Positions 1 through 11,515 of a stretch of DNA of 64,000 bases are shown here, one piece after another. Below the pieces are notes generated by a model. The model ran no database searches and was not told the origin of the DNA. It saw only the letters and a list, made by a program, of their open reading frames with translations. Made by a program: the position numbers and the translations under genes. Source of the DNA: an uncultured delta proteobacterium (GTDB taxonomy: Bacteria; Myxococcota; Myxococcia; Myxococcales; Myxococcaceae); the NCBI GenBank assembly GCA_963771175.1, contig CAVYSY010000003.1:1-64000 (forward strand). Reading direction: 5' to 3'. The number at the start of each line of letters is the position of its first letter. The first letter of the stretch is position 1.

Positions 1-399
1 CAGCCGGCGCTTCACCTGATCCCTCGGGCCCCCGGGCAGGATGATGCGCGACAGCACCAGCGCGCCCAGGCTCAGCGGGACGCCGACGATGAGGTACTCG
101 GGGTGCCAGCGGGCCTCGGCGAAGGCCTGGGCCAGCTCCAGCGGCGCGTCGGACTCGGGCCGCAGCACGTCCACCAGGCGCGGGAAGCCGAAGACCAGGC
201 CGCTGACGAGCGCGATGAGGTTGGCGAAGAGGCCCGCGGCGAGGCCGGCATAGAGGCCCACCACCGCGCCCGCCACCGGGAGCACCGAGGGGCCCGGCAA
301 CCGGATGCGGTTGGTGGCCGCCAGCAGCTTCAACACCCACCGATGCCAGTCCGACCTGCGTCGGCCCGGCGTCCCGCTCGCTTGGGAAGAGGAGTCCAT
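1..399 (-). CDS. Membrane protein, probably ClC chloride channel family (5' part; runs off window)
   Basis: Manual translation from ATG 399: MDSSSQ...SVLPVAGAVVGLYAGLAAGLFANLIALVSGLVFG; hydrophobic helices resembling a ClC N-terminus. Confidence 0.5.
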   Translation of the reverse strand, partial: MDSSSQASGTPGRRRSDWHRWVLKLLAATNRIRLPGPSVLPVAGAVVGLYAGLAAGLFANLIALVSGLVFGFPRLVDVLRPESDAPLELAQAFAEARWHPEYLIVGVPLSLGALVLSRIILPGGPRDQVKRRL

Positions 400-616
400 C
401 TCCGCGACACGCGCCTCGAGGTCAAAGGCATCACCCTCGCACGCTCGCGCACGCCGGTGTCACGCCTTCCGTGCGGGGCCTTCGACCAGCGGACACTGCG
501 CCACTCCGTGGGAGTGCGACCGGACGAGCGAACGCTCCGCCCCGTCGTGGTCGCTCTCCTCCCCATCCCTAACTTCAACGAACAGCAGGGCACGGATTTC
601 CGTCAGGAGAGGGACA

Positions 617-859
617 ATGAAACGCGCTTTGGGATGGATGATGGTGCTGGGAATGGGCGCGGCGCTCGCCACGGGTTGCGCCTCCCGGCAGGACCACCCC
701 TCGGACTTCAACGGGGAGGACGCGAATCGCGCCAGCGGGCCCTACCTCCTCAGCCAGCCGCAGCCGGTGCCGCGGGAGCGACGGCCGGCGCCCCTGGGCG
801 TGGGCGGGGGCATGGACTCGGCCAGGAAGATGGCCCAGGACCAGCTCAAGTCCTACTGA
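617..859 (+). CDS. Small lipoprotein
   Basis: AGGAGAGG upstream; MKRALGWMMVLGMGAALATGC lipobox. Confidence 0.75.
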   Translation: MKRALGWMMVLGMGAALATGCASRQDHPSDFNGEDANRASGPYLLSQPQPVPRERRPAPLGVGGGMDSARKMAQDQLKSY

Positions 860-874
860 CGAGCCCCGGACACG

Positions 875-1669
875 CTAACGACTCCGGTCCGGCCATCCCG
901 CGCGCGGGGCGAACAGGCGCGCTCCCGAGGGCGCGCTCGCCATCTCCATGGGCACACCGTAGAGGGCCTCGAGCCGCTCGCGCTGCAGCACGTCCATCGC
1001 GGTGCCGCTCGCCAGCACGCGCCCGTCGCGCAGCAGCAGCACGTGGGTGGCGAAAGCAGCCGCGAGGTTGACGTCGTGGAGCACCGCCACCGCGCCCAGG
1101 CCCGCGTCCACCCGCGCGCGCACCCGCTCGAGCGCCCCCACCTGGTGGGCCACGTCGAGGAAGGCGGTGGGCTCGTCCAGCAGCAACAGCTTCGGCTGCT
1201 GCACCAGTCCCCGCGCCAGCAGCAGCATGCGGCGCTCGCCACCGGACATCGCCTCGCAGGAGCGCTCCGCCAGGTACGCCACCCCCAGCTCCTCCAACAC
1301 CTCCCGCGCCAGCGCCTCGTCACTCGCCGAGGTGAGGCCCCACAGGCCCAGGTGCGGGCTGCGCCCCATCAGCACCAACTCCAACCCACTGAAGCCCTCG
1401 GCCTCCTCGAAGGTCTGCGGCACCCACGCCATGTGCCGCGCGAGCGCCCGCGCCTCCCACTCCCGCCGCTCCCGTCCCAGCAGCCGGATGCCGCCGCGCG
1501 TCCACGGCATTCCTCCCAGCACCCCGCGCAGCAGCGTGCTCTTGCCCGTGCCGTTGGGCCCGAGCACCGCCCACAGCTCGCCGGCCCGCACGGTGCAGTC
1601 CACCCCGTGCAGCACGGGCACGGGCCCATAACCGGCGCTCAGGCCCTGGATGTCGAGGAGCGTGTCCAC
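875..1669 (-). CDS. ABC transporter ATP-binding protein, FecE/BtuD-like
   Basis: Walker A GPNGTGKS, signature MSGGE, Walker B LLLLDEPT, LHD switch. Confidence 0.9.
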   Translation of the reverse strand: MDTLLDIQGLSAGYGPVPVLHGVDCTVRAGELWAVLGPNGTGKSTLLRGVLGGMPWTRGGIRLLGRERREWEARALARHMAWVPQTFEEAEGFSGLELVLMGRSPHLGLWGLTSASDEALAREVLEELGVAYLAERSCEAMSGGERRMLLLARGLVQQPKLLLLDEPTAFLDVAHQVGALERVRARVDAGLGAVAVLHDVNLAAAFATHVLLLRDGRVLASGTAMDVLQRERLEALYGVPMEMASAPSGARLFAPRAGWPDRSR

Positions 1670-1691
1670 GGCTCGTCCGGAGGGCCTGGGG

Positions 1692-4600
1692 CTACTGGCC
1701 GCTCATCTTCTCCAACTTCATCTTCAGGATGTCCCTGCGCAGCGCCTTCACGTTGTTGAGTAGCGTGGCATCGTCGACATCCCCCATGTCCGACACATCG
1801 GCATTGAGGACCTCGTAGCGGGGGCACAGCAGCTCGAGGTCCTCGCACGCGTACACCTTGTTGAGCGCCAGGAAGGCACTCTTCGTGTGCATCCACTCCT
1901 TCTGAAGGTTCGACTGGTATCGCGAAGACGTGCGCTTGCGCAGTTGCGACGTGCGCTTGGTGCTGGTGGAGGACGGCGCCCCCCGCGAGGGCGTGAGCGG
2001 AGCGATCAAGGCCGTATCCGGAGCCGGGTCGACCGGAGCGGCGTCCGTGTTCGGCTCCGGAGCTGCCTCCGCCTCCATCTGGGCGGAGTCATCCTCGGGG
2101 GAGGCCGTCGCACCGGCCATCTTCATCTCCCCGGGAGGGGGAGGAGGCGTGGAGGGCTTCGGTGCCGAAACCGGGGCCGCCTTGCTCGCCGGAGGAAACA
2201 GGGGACGCGCGGGCGGAGGCTTCACCACCGGCTCTGGCTTCTGCAGCAGGAAGAAGGCGATGGCCCCCCCGCCAGCACCCAGCAGCAACAGCCCGAGCCC
2301 CAAGAAAATCCACCGCCACGGCCTCCCCGGCCGCGTGGGCATTTGCGTGCGCCGGGTCACCTCACGGCGCGAGGACGGGAAGGCCTCCTCCTCGCCAGGA
2401 TCGCTGTCCTCCGAATCGCCTCCCCGAGCGGACGCGAGCGGCATCTTCGAGGAGGACGTCGAGCGCACGGGGAGGGCGGGAGAGCCCGTCGACGTCACAC
2501 GGCGGCGAACCACCACGGCCCCCGCCGGGCCGCGACCTGCCGCTCTGCGACACCTCCTCCTGCTCCTCCGAGTGCACGGGCGACTCGTCGAGCACCCCGC
2601 GCTGCGGGTTGCCCTGGCGGTACACGTCCGACAGGAACACACGCGGCTGCGTGTCGTCATGGGACGGGGGCGGCATCTGGATGCGCGGATGCGTGTCCTC
2701 CAGGCGCACGTCCACCGACGCCTCGCCCGGGTGCTCGGTCTCGACGCCGACCACGATGTCGGACTCATCGGAGTCATCCCCCTGGGCCTCCGCGTCCCAG
2801 GCGGGCAACGGCTCCTCATCGCCCTCCGGGTGCTCGGGCTGCTCCTCCGAGACATCCCAGGCGGCCTCCACCGCCTCGGAAGGCACCGGGGGTGCAATCC
2901 CAGGATCTCGCGATGACTCGATGGCGGACAGGTCGTCGTCCGCGGAGAGTGCCTCCGACCAGGCCGGGGTGTTCTCGATGGGGAGCTGGGAAATGTCCAT
3001 CGGAGGCGACTGCGGCACCTGGGACAGGGAGGACAGGGCACCGTGCGAGGTGCCGGGCCCGGAGGACACCGGCAGCTCGCGCGTCGGCGCGAGGGAGTGG
3101 GACGGCGACGGGGGAAGCGTCGGCGCGGCGCGCGGCGCGGGGGGCACCGATGCACCGGGCGGCATGAAGTCCCGGAGCATGCTGGAGGACACCGGCAGCT
3201 CGCGCGTCGGAGAGGTGGAGCCGGCCGGCGCCGACAGGGTCGGCCTGATACCGGAGCGCATGTCCGGGACCAGCACGGGAGGAGCAGTCGGCGCCGCGGC
3301 GCGCGGGGCAACGGGGCCCGGCCCGGCCGGCGCGAACGGCGCGGGCATGGCTCGAGGCGATGTCGGCACACGCGGAGCGACGACGCCTTCCTGCGACGCG
3401 GCGGGTGACGGCACCTCGAGACCGGAGACCTCCACCGTGGGCGAGCCCATCATCGGCGAGGGGCGACCGCGCGCGGACTCCTCGACGGACTCCACGGTGA
3501 CGGCGGGCCGCGTGGGCTCGTCCACCACGGCCCGGCGCGTCTCGTTGTCGTCCCCCACCGGACCGCCCTCGCGCGTACGCGGCGTGGGCCGGAAGGAGAG
3601 CGGCTCGACGGCGCCATCCAGGCGGATCGTCTTGGGCGGCAGGGTCGGAGTGGGCTTCGGGGGGACGCCCTCCGGCATGCCGATCACCACGGGCTCCGGC
3701 TCGGGAGGACGCCCCGCCTCCTTGAGGCTCGCGAGCAGCCGCCGCTCGGACTGGTAGTCCGAGGCGAAGAACTCATGCATGTACCGGCTGACGCTCTCCG
3801 GGCCCGAGGACGGGTCCAGTTCCACCAGGCAGCCGTTCAGCTTGCCACGCAGCTCCTCCGCCGACTGGAAGCGCTGCGACGGATCCACCGCCAGGGCCCT
3901 CATCACCAACTGCGCCACCGCGGGCGGCAGCGACGGCACCACCTCGCCCAGCGGTGGGATGTTCGGATGGGCCACGGCGGACATCAGCTCGCCGGGAGGC
4001 AGCAGGTCGAAGGGGTTCCTCCCGGCGAGGAGCTCGTAGAGACACAGGCCCACCGCGTACAGATCGCTGCGGCGATCCACCGGGCTGGTGCCGCGCCTGC
4101 TCCGGCGACATGTAGAGGAACTTGCCGAGGATGATGCTCGGGTTCGTCTTCGGCCGCGCTCAGCCGGCTCTTGGCCAGGCCGAAGTCGATGACCTTCACC
4201 TCGCCCTCGTAGGAGATGAGGATGTTCTGCGGCGGAGATGTCGCGGTGGACGAGGTGCAGCTCCCCCTCGTCGTCGCCCTTCTTGCGGTGCGCGTAGGCG
4301 AGCGCGTCGAGCACCCGGCACATCACGAAGAGGACGAAGGTGAGCGGCAGCGGCATCTGCCTGTCTCGCGCCCGCGCCGCCACCTTGCGCAGGTCCTTGC
4401 CGTCCACGTACTCGAGCGCCATGTAGGCCTCGCCCTCGTGGAGCCCCATGTCCAGCACCTGCGCGATGGAGCCGTGCGTCAGCTTCACCAGCGTGCGCGC
4501 CTCGTTCACGAAGCGCTCGACGAACTCCGGGTCCTCCGCCAGCTGCGGGAGGATCTTCTTGATGACGCAGAGCTTCTCGAAGCCCTGCACCCCATCCAGC

Positions 4601-4716
4601 CGCGCCAGGAAGATCTCCCCCATCCCGCCGGTGGCGAGCTGGGACAGCAGCGTGTAGCGGCCGAACGGCACCGGCCGGAACGGGCGCAGTCGAGCGGGCG
4701 AGGACGACGTGTTCAT
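1692..4716 (-). CDS. Ser/Thr protein kinase with Pro-rich linker and C-terminal TM (frameshifted)
   Basis: GGMGEIF, VIKK, HRDIS, KVIDFG and MSPEQ split across frames near 4080-4230; TM WIFLGLGLLLLGAGGGAIAFFLL in another frame after ~2500. Confidence 0.85.
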
Positions 4717-4854
4717 GCCAGACGCGGGGCGATCATGCTCGGGAGAGGGGCAACCATGCTCTCATTGATCAGGGTCCGAGCGCGAGTCCACCGCCATCAT
4801 CCCACACCATCCCCCTTCAACGCACACCGAGAAAGGGAGTCAGTGGACGTTGGG

Positions 4855-5388
4855 TCAGCCGAGGGAGAGCAGCAGGAGAATCATCTGCTCGGCCGGTGTG
4901 AGCTTTTGAAAGTCCTCGGGGAGGCCGACCGTCACGGGACGCGCCAGGGGGCTGTCGCAGCTGCGCGGGCCCACGTAGTGGTCTCCCTCGGCCTTCAACC
5001 GGTAGGTGCACCCGTTGAGGTAGACGTGGAGCTCCTGCGGGCTGAAGCGCAACCGCACGGGGCCGCCGAGAAAGCCCCCCTCGCCGATGAGCGCCCCATC
5101 CTCCGTGCGGGCCTTCAGGTTCACCGGGACACCGCCGATGTTCCCGGACACCGTGTCCTGCTTCAACGAGAGCACCGCCACGGAGCCGAAGGCCCGCCCC
5201 TGCATCTTCGTGGGGCTCCAGTTGAGCTGGATGTGGTTGGCGACGACGTTTCCGTCGACCAGGCGCACGTTGTAGGTCGCCTGCGGCAGGCTCACCGAGA
5301 TGGCCGACTCATTCGGAGCGCCAACGGCCACTCCTCCCGCCAGCAACCCGATTCCCAACATGAGACGGACGAAGCGTGGAGTTCTCAT
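4855..5388 (-). CDS. Secreted hypothetical protein
   Basis: Signal peptide MRTPRFVRLMLGIGLLAGGVAVG followed by a beta-rich domain. Confidence 0.7.
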   Translation of the reverse strand: MRTPRFVRLMLGIGLLAGGVAVGAPNESAISVSLPQATYNVRLVDGNVVANHIQLNWSPTKMQGRAFGSVAVLSLKQDTVSGNIGGVPVNLKARTEDGALIGEGGFLGGPVRLRFSPQELHVYLNGCTYRLKAEGDHYVGPRSCDSPLARPVTVGLPEDFQKLTPAEQMILLLLSLG

Positions 5389-5483
5389 GCCAGGGAACAT
5401 AGCCCCGCGCCCCTTCCCCGGCAGCCTTGGTGGATACCGGACAGGACAATGTCCTTCGGGACGAGCGGGCCGCCCCAACTCCT

Positions 5484-7167
5484 TCAGCGCACGCCGGGAT
5501 TGGTGAGCTGGGGGATGTCCTCGTCCACCACCTCGAAGGCGGCGACCTTGTCGCGCGGGGGGCGGATGAGGCGCTCGCCCAGGGGCATGACGTCGAAGCG
5601 GGCGCCGATGACGGCCAGCGTCTTGCCGGTGATGAGCACCTGGCCGGGCATGGCGGTGCCGGCCAGCCACGAGGCCACATGCACTCCCTCGCCCACGGCG
5701 GTGTACGAGGGGCGGGACTCGGGGCCCACCATTCCCACCAGGGCACGGGTCGTGTTGATGCCGATGCGCAGCTCGCACCGCTCGTCCATGGGGCGGCGAG
5801 CCATGTAGCGCTCCCAGTCCTGGCGCAGGGCGAGCGCGGCCCTCACCGCGCGCACCGCGTCGTCGGGCTTGGCGTAGGGCGCGCCGAAGAAGGCCCGCAG
5901 CGACTCGCCGACGAAGGCCTCCACCGTGCCCTCGTAGCTGAAGACGAGCCCGCCCAGGCGCGCGTGGAAGTCGTTGAGCAGGTCGGCGGCGCGCTCGGGG
6001 CCGATGCGCGGGGCACAGCGCGCCGAAGCCGACGAGCTCGGCGTGCACGAGGGTGAGGGCACGCTCCTCCAGCCTGGCCTGCTTGCCGCCCGTGCGCTGG
6101 AGCTCGGCCGCGCGTCGATCGGCCACCTCCGGAGCGTGGAAGCGCTCCAGGTGGTGGCGCAGGGACTGGGTGGGCGAGGCGGCGGAGAACTTCTGCACGC
6201 CGGTGGCCACCAGGTGCGCCACGGCGGTACAGGCGTCGAGCATGACCTCCAGCTCGGTGTCGTTCTTCGCCGAGGTGTTGACGTAGAGGACGCCGGCGAA
6301 GGGAGGCTCGAACCCGATGGGGATGCAGAGCACCCGGTCCACGCCGTAGAGGATGACGCTCTCGCGGCCAGCGAAGCGCCGGTCGTCGCGCACGTCACCC
6401 ACCACGAGCGAGCGACCCTGGCTCAGGGCCTCCTCGACGATGGCGTCGGAGACGGGCACCTCGCCCTTGGCGAGCTTGCCCCGGTGGCGCACGGCGGCGG
6501 GCACCAGCACCCCGGTGGGGTGGCGCAGCAGCACCACGGCGGTGGTGGCGTCGATGCGCTCGAGCACCCGGTCCATGGTGGCCTCGAGGAAGGCCGTCTG
6601 GCTCACGGCGGTGGCGAGCGACTCCGCGATGTGGAAGAGGAGGACGAGCGTCTCGTACGCGCCGCGGGGAGCGGTGGGCGGAGTCGGCGCGATGGGGGCC
6701 GCGGTGGCGGGGACATCGAAGGGATTGAAGGAGAAGTTGTCGAGCGCCCGCAGCAGGTCCACGCTCTTGACGTTCTTGGCGAGGATGACGGAGGGCGCCA
6801 CGTCCTCGCCGTGGCCGAAGCGACGCACGCCTCCAGCGCCCAGGTCCACCATCTCGGTGGCGGCGTTCTCCACCTGGTTGGGCTGGCGCACCGAGAGGGT
6901 GTTCTCCCCCAGGGAGATGGTGTCGCCGGGTTGCAGCTCGATGCCGCCGGTGAGGGGCGTGCCGTTGACGCGGCTGCCGTTGCGGCTGCCGAGGTCCTCG
7001 ATGCGCAGGGCGTCCCCGTCCACCACGAGGCGGGCGTGCCGTCGCGAGACGAGGTCCCCCCCGAGAACGATGTCGTTCTCATCCGCGCGGCCGAGGTGCG
7101 TGACGCCCTCCGGCAGCTCGTAGGCGGTATCGAAATAACCCGGGCCGTTGATGATGATCTGCCACAT
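5484..7167 (-). CDS. FHA-GAF-class III cyclase-like protein (frameshift ~6010; catalytic residues degenerate)
   Basis: FHA motifs GR, SRRHA, SRNGS; GAF VGDVRDDRRF; cyclase fold FFGAP, LRIGINT, YTAVG. Confidence 0.85.
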
Positions 7168-7303
7168 CGCGGCGCGAAGACTACACGACCCGGCCCTCCG
7201 TTCGCGCGTAGGTGGAAACGCGGAGGGCCGGGCCAGATGGCCGATTGACACGGAGAGTCAAAAAGGCCGGGTGTCAGGACACCCAGGGGCCGCCTCCGCG
7301 CCG

Positions 7304-7471
7304 TCAGAGCGGGCGATGGACCCAGATGGAGTCCCCCTCCCGGGTGGCCTCCCGCCACTCGGGGCCGCAGCCGGCACAGAGGGTGGCGAGGGCACAGGTG
7401 CCGTGCAGCAGCGAGCCGAGCACGGTGCGCCGATCGACCTGGGACTCCGTGTCCGAGGGAGGCCGGGGCAT
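7304..7471 (-). pseudogene. Short ORF, probable internally deleted exported protein (possibly a Rieske-type remnant)
   Basis: Tat/lipoprotein-like leader DRRTVLG...LCAGC joined to a short tail TREGDSIWVH; CGGGAGG repeated at the junction. Confidence 0.4.
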
Positions 7472-7476
7472 GCGAC

Positions 7477-8162
7477 TCACCGCCACTCGCAGACGGGCGA
7501 GCCGTTCACCACCGAGATGGCGTCCAGGTCGAAGCCGCCGGCGGTGAAGCCGTAGGAGTTGGCCCCGCTGTCACGAATACGGACGAAGCGAGCCCGGGCC
7601 ACTCCGAGGGTGGCCAGGTCGAAACCATCGCCGCCCGCCACGGCCGGATCGGTGGCGCTGATGCCATTATCCGGCGAGGAGTTCACGGGCTTCACGCCCG
7701 CGCAGCCGGGGTAGCCCCCGTGGAGTCCGTGGTGTCGCAGGGGAACTCGTGCCACGTCTGGCCGTCCTCGCTGACCGCGACCACGCCCGTCTCCACGAAG
7801 CCCCCGAAGGGGTTCTCGAAGACGAGCAGGTCCACGCCGGGCCCATCCACCACGCCGAGGGTGAGTTCCAGGACGATCTCCCCCTGGTTGCCGAGGGAGA
7901 GCACGTCCAGCGAGCCCATGCCGGCGCCGACCCCATGGGGAGGTCCGAGCACGATGTTCGGGTAGCCATCCTGGCCGAAGCCGGCGTCCTCGCCGGGCTT
8001 GAAGGAGACCACCCGGGTGGCGAACGGGTTGTACTCGACCGAGCACACCGGAGGCTGGGCGGGCTGGGGGTTCTCCTCCTCGGAGGGACCCCCGCAGCCC
8101 ACGGCGACCAGCGGCACGACGAGCCAGGCGCACAGACGCGCCCAAGTGCCGTGTGTCTTCAT
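7477..8162 (-). CDS. Cell-surface lipoprotein in B12-regulated unit (frameshift ~7715)
   Basis: Lipobox VAVGC; motifs VLSLG, DLLVFENPF, GGDGFDL, RFVRIRD, GFDLDAI. Confidence 0.8.
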
Positions 8163-8164
8163 GG

Positions 8165-9403
8165 CTATTGCTTCTTGAGGAGGACGAGCCGGCGGCCGTT
8201 CTTGTCCTTCACGCCGACGAGCAAGTCCGAGCCCATGGAAGTCAGCGACACCACGTTGGTGCAGGAGTTACTGGTGGTGAGCACGGCCTCGAGGTCACCC
8301 GGGGTGACGGAGCCGGGGGTGATGCCGCCCAGCGTCAGCGCGATGCGCGAGACATCCTTGGTGCTCGTGAAGGGGCCACGATGCAGGGCCACGCCCTCGC
8401 CGAAACCCGCGACCGACTTGAGGTCCGAGCCCGAGTAGATCTCAGGCGCGTTGGTGTCGGTCAGGGCCAGGGTCGTCCCGCCCGTGAGTGCCGGCGTGTA
8501 CGTCGCGGGAGCCACCGCGCGCAGGTGATTGGCGAAGCTGCTGTCGGCGTACCCGAGCACGGCGACCCCGTTGGCCGCCACCGCCGTGGACCCGCTGTAG
8601 ACGGCCGTGACTCCGGGAAGGTCGCCAGCTTCGAGCCCTGGAAGGGCGAGGACTCCGTCCTCAGGGCGTAGATGGCATTGCCGCTCTCGCTCGCGCCCTC
8701 GATGCCCTGACCGTTGATGAGGAAGGCCCCGGAGAGGCCGGCGGCGGAGAAGTTGCCGGGCGCGGAGACGTACTTGGAATTGGCCGGGGTGACCGTGTCG
8801 TAGACCAGGACCGTGCCCGGAATGCTCGTGAGGGAACCCGGCTTCGTGTAACCGGTGAGCAGCCGGGTGCCATCGTTGGTCAGGAAGCCGCTCGCGTATT
8901 TGGTGCCTCCATCGCGATCCTCCTCCGCGTAGATGCTCTGGAGGGGCGCGTCGCCGAGGGCGACGTTCGGCCAGGTGCCGAGCGCGTAGAGGCTATCGTC
9001 GGTCTCGCGCAAGCCGTACAGCTTGAACTCGGAGCCACTCTGGATGGCCGTCACCGCGCCGATGCCCTCGGGAAGCGTGGCGGTCTCGGTGGCGGCGGCG
9101 AAGCCCGTCTGGAGCTGCAGCGTGCCGAGCTTCGGATCATGCGGCAGGTCCGCACACGCGACACCCGCGTCGGTGCCGGAATCCGTCCGGCTCGGTGCCC
9201 GCGTCGGGGGTGATGTCCCGCACCACGCAGCGGTTGCTCTCGCAGACGTACCGCTTGCCCTCGCCCGGGCTGTCCTTGCTCGCACAGTCGAACGCGTCCA
9301 CGCACTCCGGCTCACAGCCGGTGACCAGCAGCCCCAGCGACAGGGCGCCCAGCGCCACCCCGAAGCGGCCGAACCACCGCGAACCCATCGTCTCCGTCTT
9401 CAT
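8165..9403 (-). CDS. Lipoprotein, first gene under second B12 riboswitch (frameshifted)
   Basis: MKTETMG...LLVTGC lipobox, Cys-rich N-terminus; continues in ORFs 8461-9315 and 8165-8581. Confidence 0.7.
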
Positions 9404-9557
9404 GCTGTCCTGCTTCCTCGCCCCCTCGGGCGCATTACCTTCGAGGGAAAGCGGGAGCGGGATGCGACCCGGACACGGCCTGGGAGAGGACGCACACGGC
9501 GACGCATCCGCTACCTCCCCTCGGAGGTCTCGGTGTGTCCGTGCCAGGGGCACGGGT

Positions 9558-9746
9558 CCTCGGCAGGTTTTCGGACTCACAGGCGCGGGGGCCTCGCGAG
9601 GAGACCCCTTTCCTACTGACCGTCGCTTCCCAGCCCCGGAGGGCCAGTGCTTCCTGACGGCGTTCGTTCCTGTTCACCGCTGCGGGGCAGTCCCGGACTC
9701 GCACCGGGTTCCCTCGAGTCCCCACCACCTGGTGAGGAACCGAAGA
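9558..9746 (-). promoter_or_regulatory. Cobalamin riboswitch
   Basis: AGGGAACCCGGTGCGAGTCCGGGACTGCCCCGCAGCGGTGA...GCACTG...GGGAAG...GAGTCCGAAAACCTGCC B12 box. Confidence 0.93.
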
Positions 9747-9756
9747 CGGGGCGCGG

Positions 9757-9784
9757 GATATGGCGACAGGACGGGTCTTGTCAA
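9757..9784 (-). promoter_or_regulatory. Putative sigma70 promoter for the riboswitch
   Basis: TTGACA-16 nt-CATATC immediately upstream of the riboswitch. Confidence 0.5.
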
Positions 9785-9819
9785 ATGCTCCGAGTACCGC
9801 GGGCGGGATTCGAACCCGC
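9769..9819 (-). repeat. att-like direct repeat (3' end of tRNA-Leu(CAG) plus downstream bases)
   Basis: 50/51 identical to 19024-19074. Confidence 0.92.
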
Positions 9820-9885
9820 CACTTGGAGCCTCCGGCGCGAGTGGACCAGGCTGGATTGCCGCGCAGGACATTCGCGCTATTGGGC

Positions 9886-10725
9886 TCAGGCCTCCCAGAC
9901 CCCCGGGGCGCGGCGGAGGGCCTCGGAGAGTGACTCCCTCGCCCGCCGCAGCGCCACGTCCGCGCGCCGGGTGGCCGCCGAGAGCAGCCACAGCGGTGGG
10001 CCGCCCGGAAGCTCCTCCTCCAGCACCAGGCGAGGGTCCCCCTCGGCGAGCAGCGCTGGGAGTACGCTCCTCCCCAGACCCGCGACGCAGGCATCCCGGA
10101 TGCCGAGCAGTGAGTCGCACTCCACGAGGGCCTTGGCATCCGCCGGCACCACCTTCCACCAGCGCATGGAGGCGCGGGCGCGCAGGCTCGCGGAGGGAAG
10201 GACCCAGGCCGTTGCGTCCTGTCCGGCCGCCCGCGCCCGGAAGACGCCCAGCCGCAGCCTGCCCAGCCGCTGGCCGCGCAGCGCGCCGCCCGGGGTGTGA
10301 CTGGGCCGCAGGGCCAGGTCCGTCACGCCGGGCTCCAACGCCAACTCGCTCTCGGAGATGCGCACCTGCACCCGCTGCGCGAAGGCGCACTCGCGCAGCG
10401 CGCCGAACAGCAGCGACGCCAGCACCTCGTTGGTGGTGATGACGAGGCGGCCAGCGCGCGCCCGTCGCTGCTCCTCGAGGAGTGCGTCCACGTCCTGTGC
10501 ATGGGTGCGCATCCGGGCCGCGCGCTCGGCGATGGAGAGGCCGAGCGGCGTCGGGCTCAGCCGTCTCCCCCGCAGGAAAAGCGGTGCCCCCAGCGAGCGC
10601 TCGAGCGCATCCACTCGCCGCGAGATGGAGGAGTGTCGCAGCGAGAGCTCGCGCGCCGCTCCCACGACACTCCCCGTACGCACCAATGCCTCCACCGTCT
10701 GCAGGTCGTCCCAGGAGATGTGCAT
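9886..10725 (-). CDS. LysR family transcriptional regulator
   Basis: N-terminal HTH WDDLQ...GSVVGAARELSLRHSSISRRVDALE...LF; divergent from pirin. Confidence 0.88.
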   Translation of the reverse strand: MHISWDDLQTVEALVRTGSVVGAARELSLRHSSISRRVDALERSLGAPLFLRGRRLSPTPLGLSIAERAARMRTHAQDVDALLEEQRRARAGRLVITTNEVLASLLFGALRECAFAQRVQVRISESELALEPGVTDLALRPSHTPGGALRGQRLGRLRLGVFRARAAGQDATAWVLPSASLRARASMRWWKVVPADAKALVECDSLLGIRDACVAGLGRSVLPALLAEGDPRLVLEEELPGGPPLWLLSAATRRADVALRRARESLSEALRRAPGVWEA

Positions 10726-10822
10726 GCACGCACATGCTGTGTGCGTTGAGCGGGAATCGTCAACACGGGCCCTCACTGCTATCTCTCTCCTCGGCTGCTC
10801 CTCTTCTTCGATGTCCCCCACC

Positions 10823-11515
10823 ATGACTGACCTTCGCCTGCGCCCTCTCGCCTCCCTGCCGGCCACGGAGCTGCCGTGGCTCCGCCTGCACGACCACTTC
10901 GTCGCCACCGTCGGCCCCAGCGCGGGCACGGGGCGGCCGCTCGGAAACCTCCTCGTCCTGGCCGACGCGACGTTCGCACCCCGCTCGCGCTTTCCCCTGC
11001 ACCCGCACCGGGAGATGGAAATCCTCAGCATCGTCCTCGGCGGCGAGCTGAGCCACCACGGTAATCAGGCCCACGGGGCCATCCTGCGCCCGCGCGAGGC
11101 GCAGCTGATTTCCGCCCGCGACGGGATGGTCCACGCCGAGGGCAACGACACGGACGAGGACACGCGGATGCTGCAGCTGTGGTTCACGCCGAACCACCAT
11201 GGCGGCGCGCCCGCCTACTTCCGGCGCCTCGTCCCCCACGCCCCTCGAGGAGGCCGCCACCTGGTGGCCGGGGACGAGGGGATGCCCCTGCGGAGCGACG
11301 CCCGCGTGTGGTGGCTGGACCTGGCAGCGGGACAGGAGGCGGCGCTCGAGGTGGCACCCGGACGCGCAGGCTATCTACTGTCCCTGGATGCCCCCTTGCG
11401 GCTGGGTGGGGGGGAGGTCCTCGCCAGGGGCGAGGGGGCGCAGCTGCACCGAGGAGGCATGACGGTGCGCGCGTCGCAGGCCTCGGGCGCGCTCTGGATT
11501 GACGTGACGGCCTGA
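10823..11515 (+). CDS. Pirin family protein
   Basis: FPLHPHREMEILS, GMVHAEGN and LQLW cupin motifs. Confidence 0.9.
   Translation: MTDLRLRPLASLPATELPWLRLHDHFVATVGPSAGTGRPLGNLLVLADATFAPRSRFPLHPHREMEILSIVLGGELSHHGNQAHGAILRPREAQLISARDGMVHAEGNDTDEDTRMLQLWFTPNHHGGAPAYFRRLVPHAPRGGRHLVAGDEGMPLRSDARVWWLDLAAGQEAALEVAPGRAGYLLSLDAPLRLGGGEVLARGEGAQLHRGGMTVRASQASGALWIDVTA

Noticed and set aside
3061..3210. 27-bp direct repeat
   Set aside because: Intragenic duplication (PTRELPVSS) in the kinase linker, not a mobile-element end
4855..7251. 798-aa fusion of the FHA protein with the downstream secreted protein
   Set aside because: Caused by the frameshift near 6010; two separate genes
9795..9870. A fourth complete tRNA
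   Set aside because: Only the T-arm and 3' acceptor strand are present; treated as an att remnant
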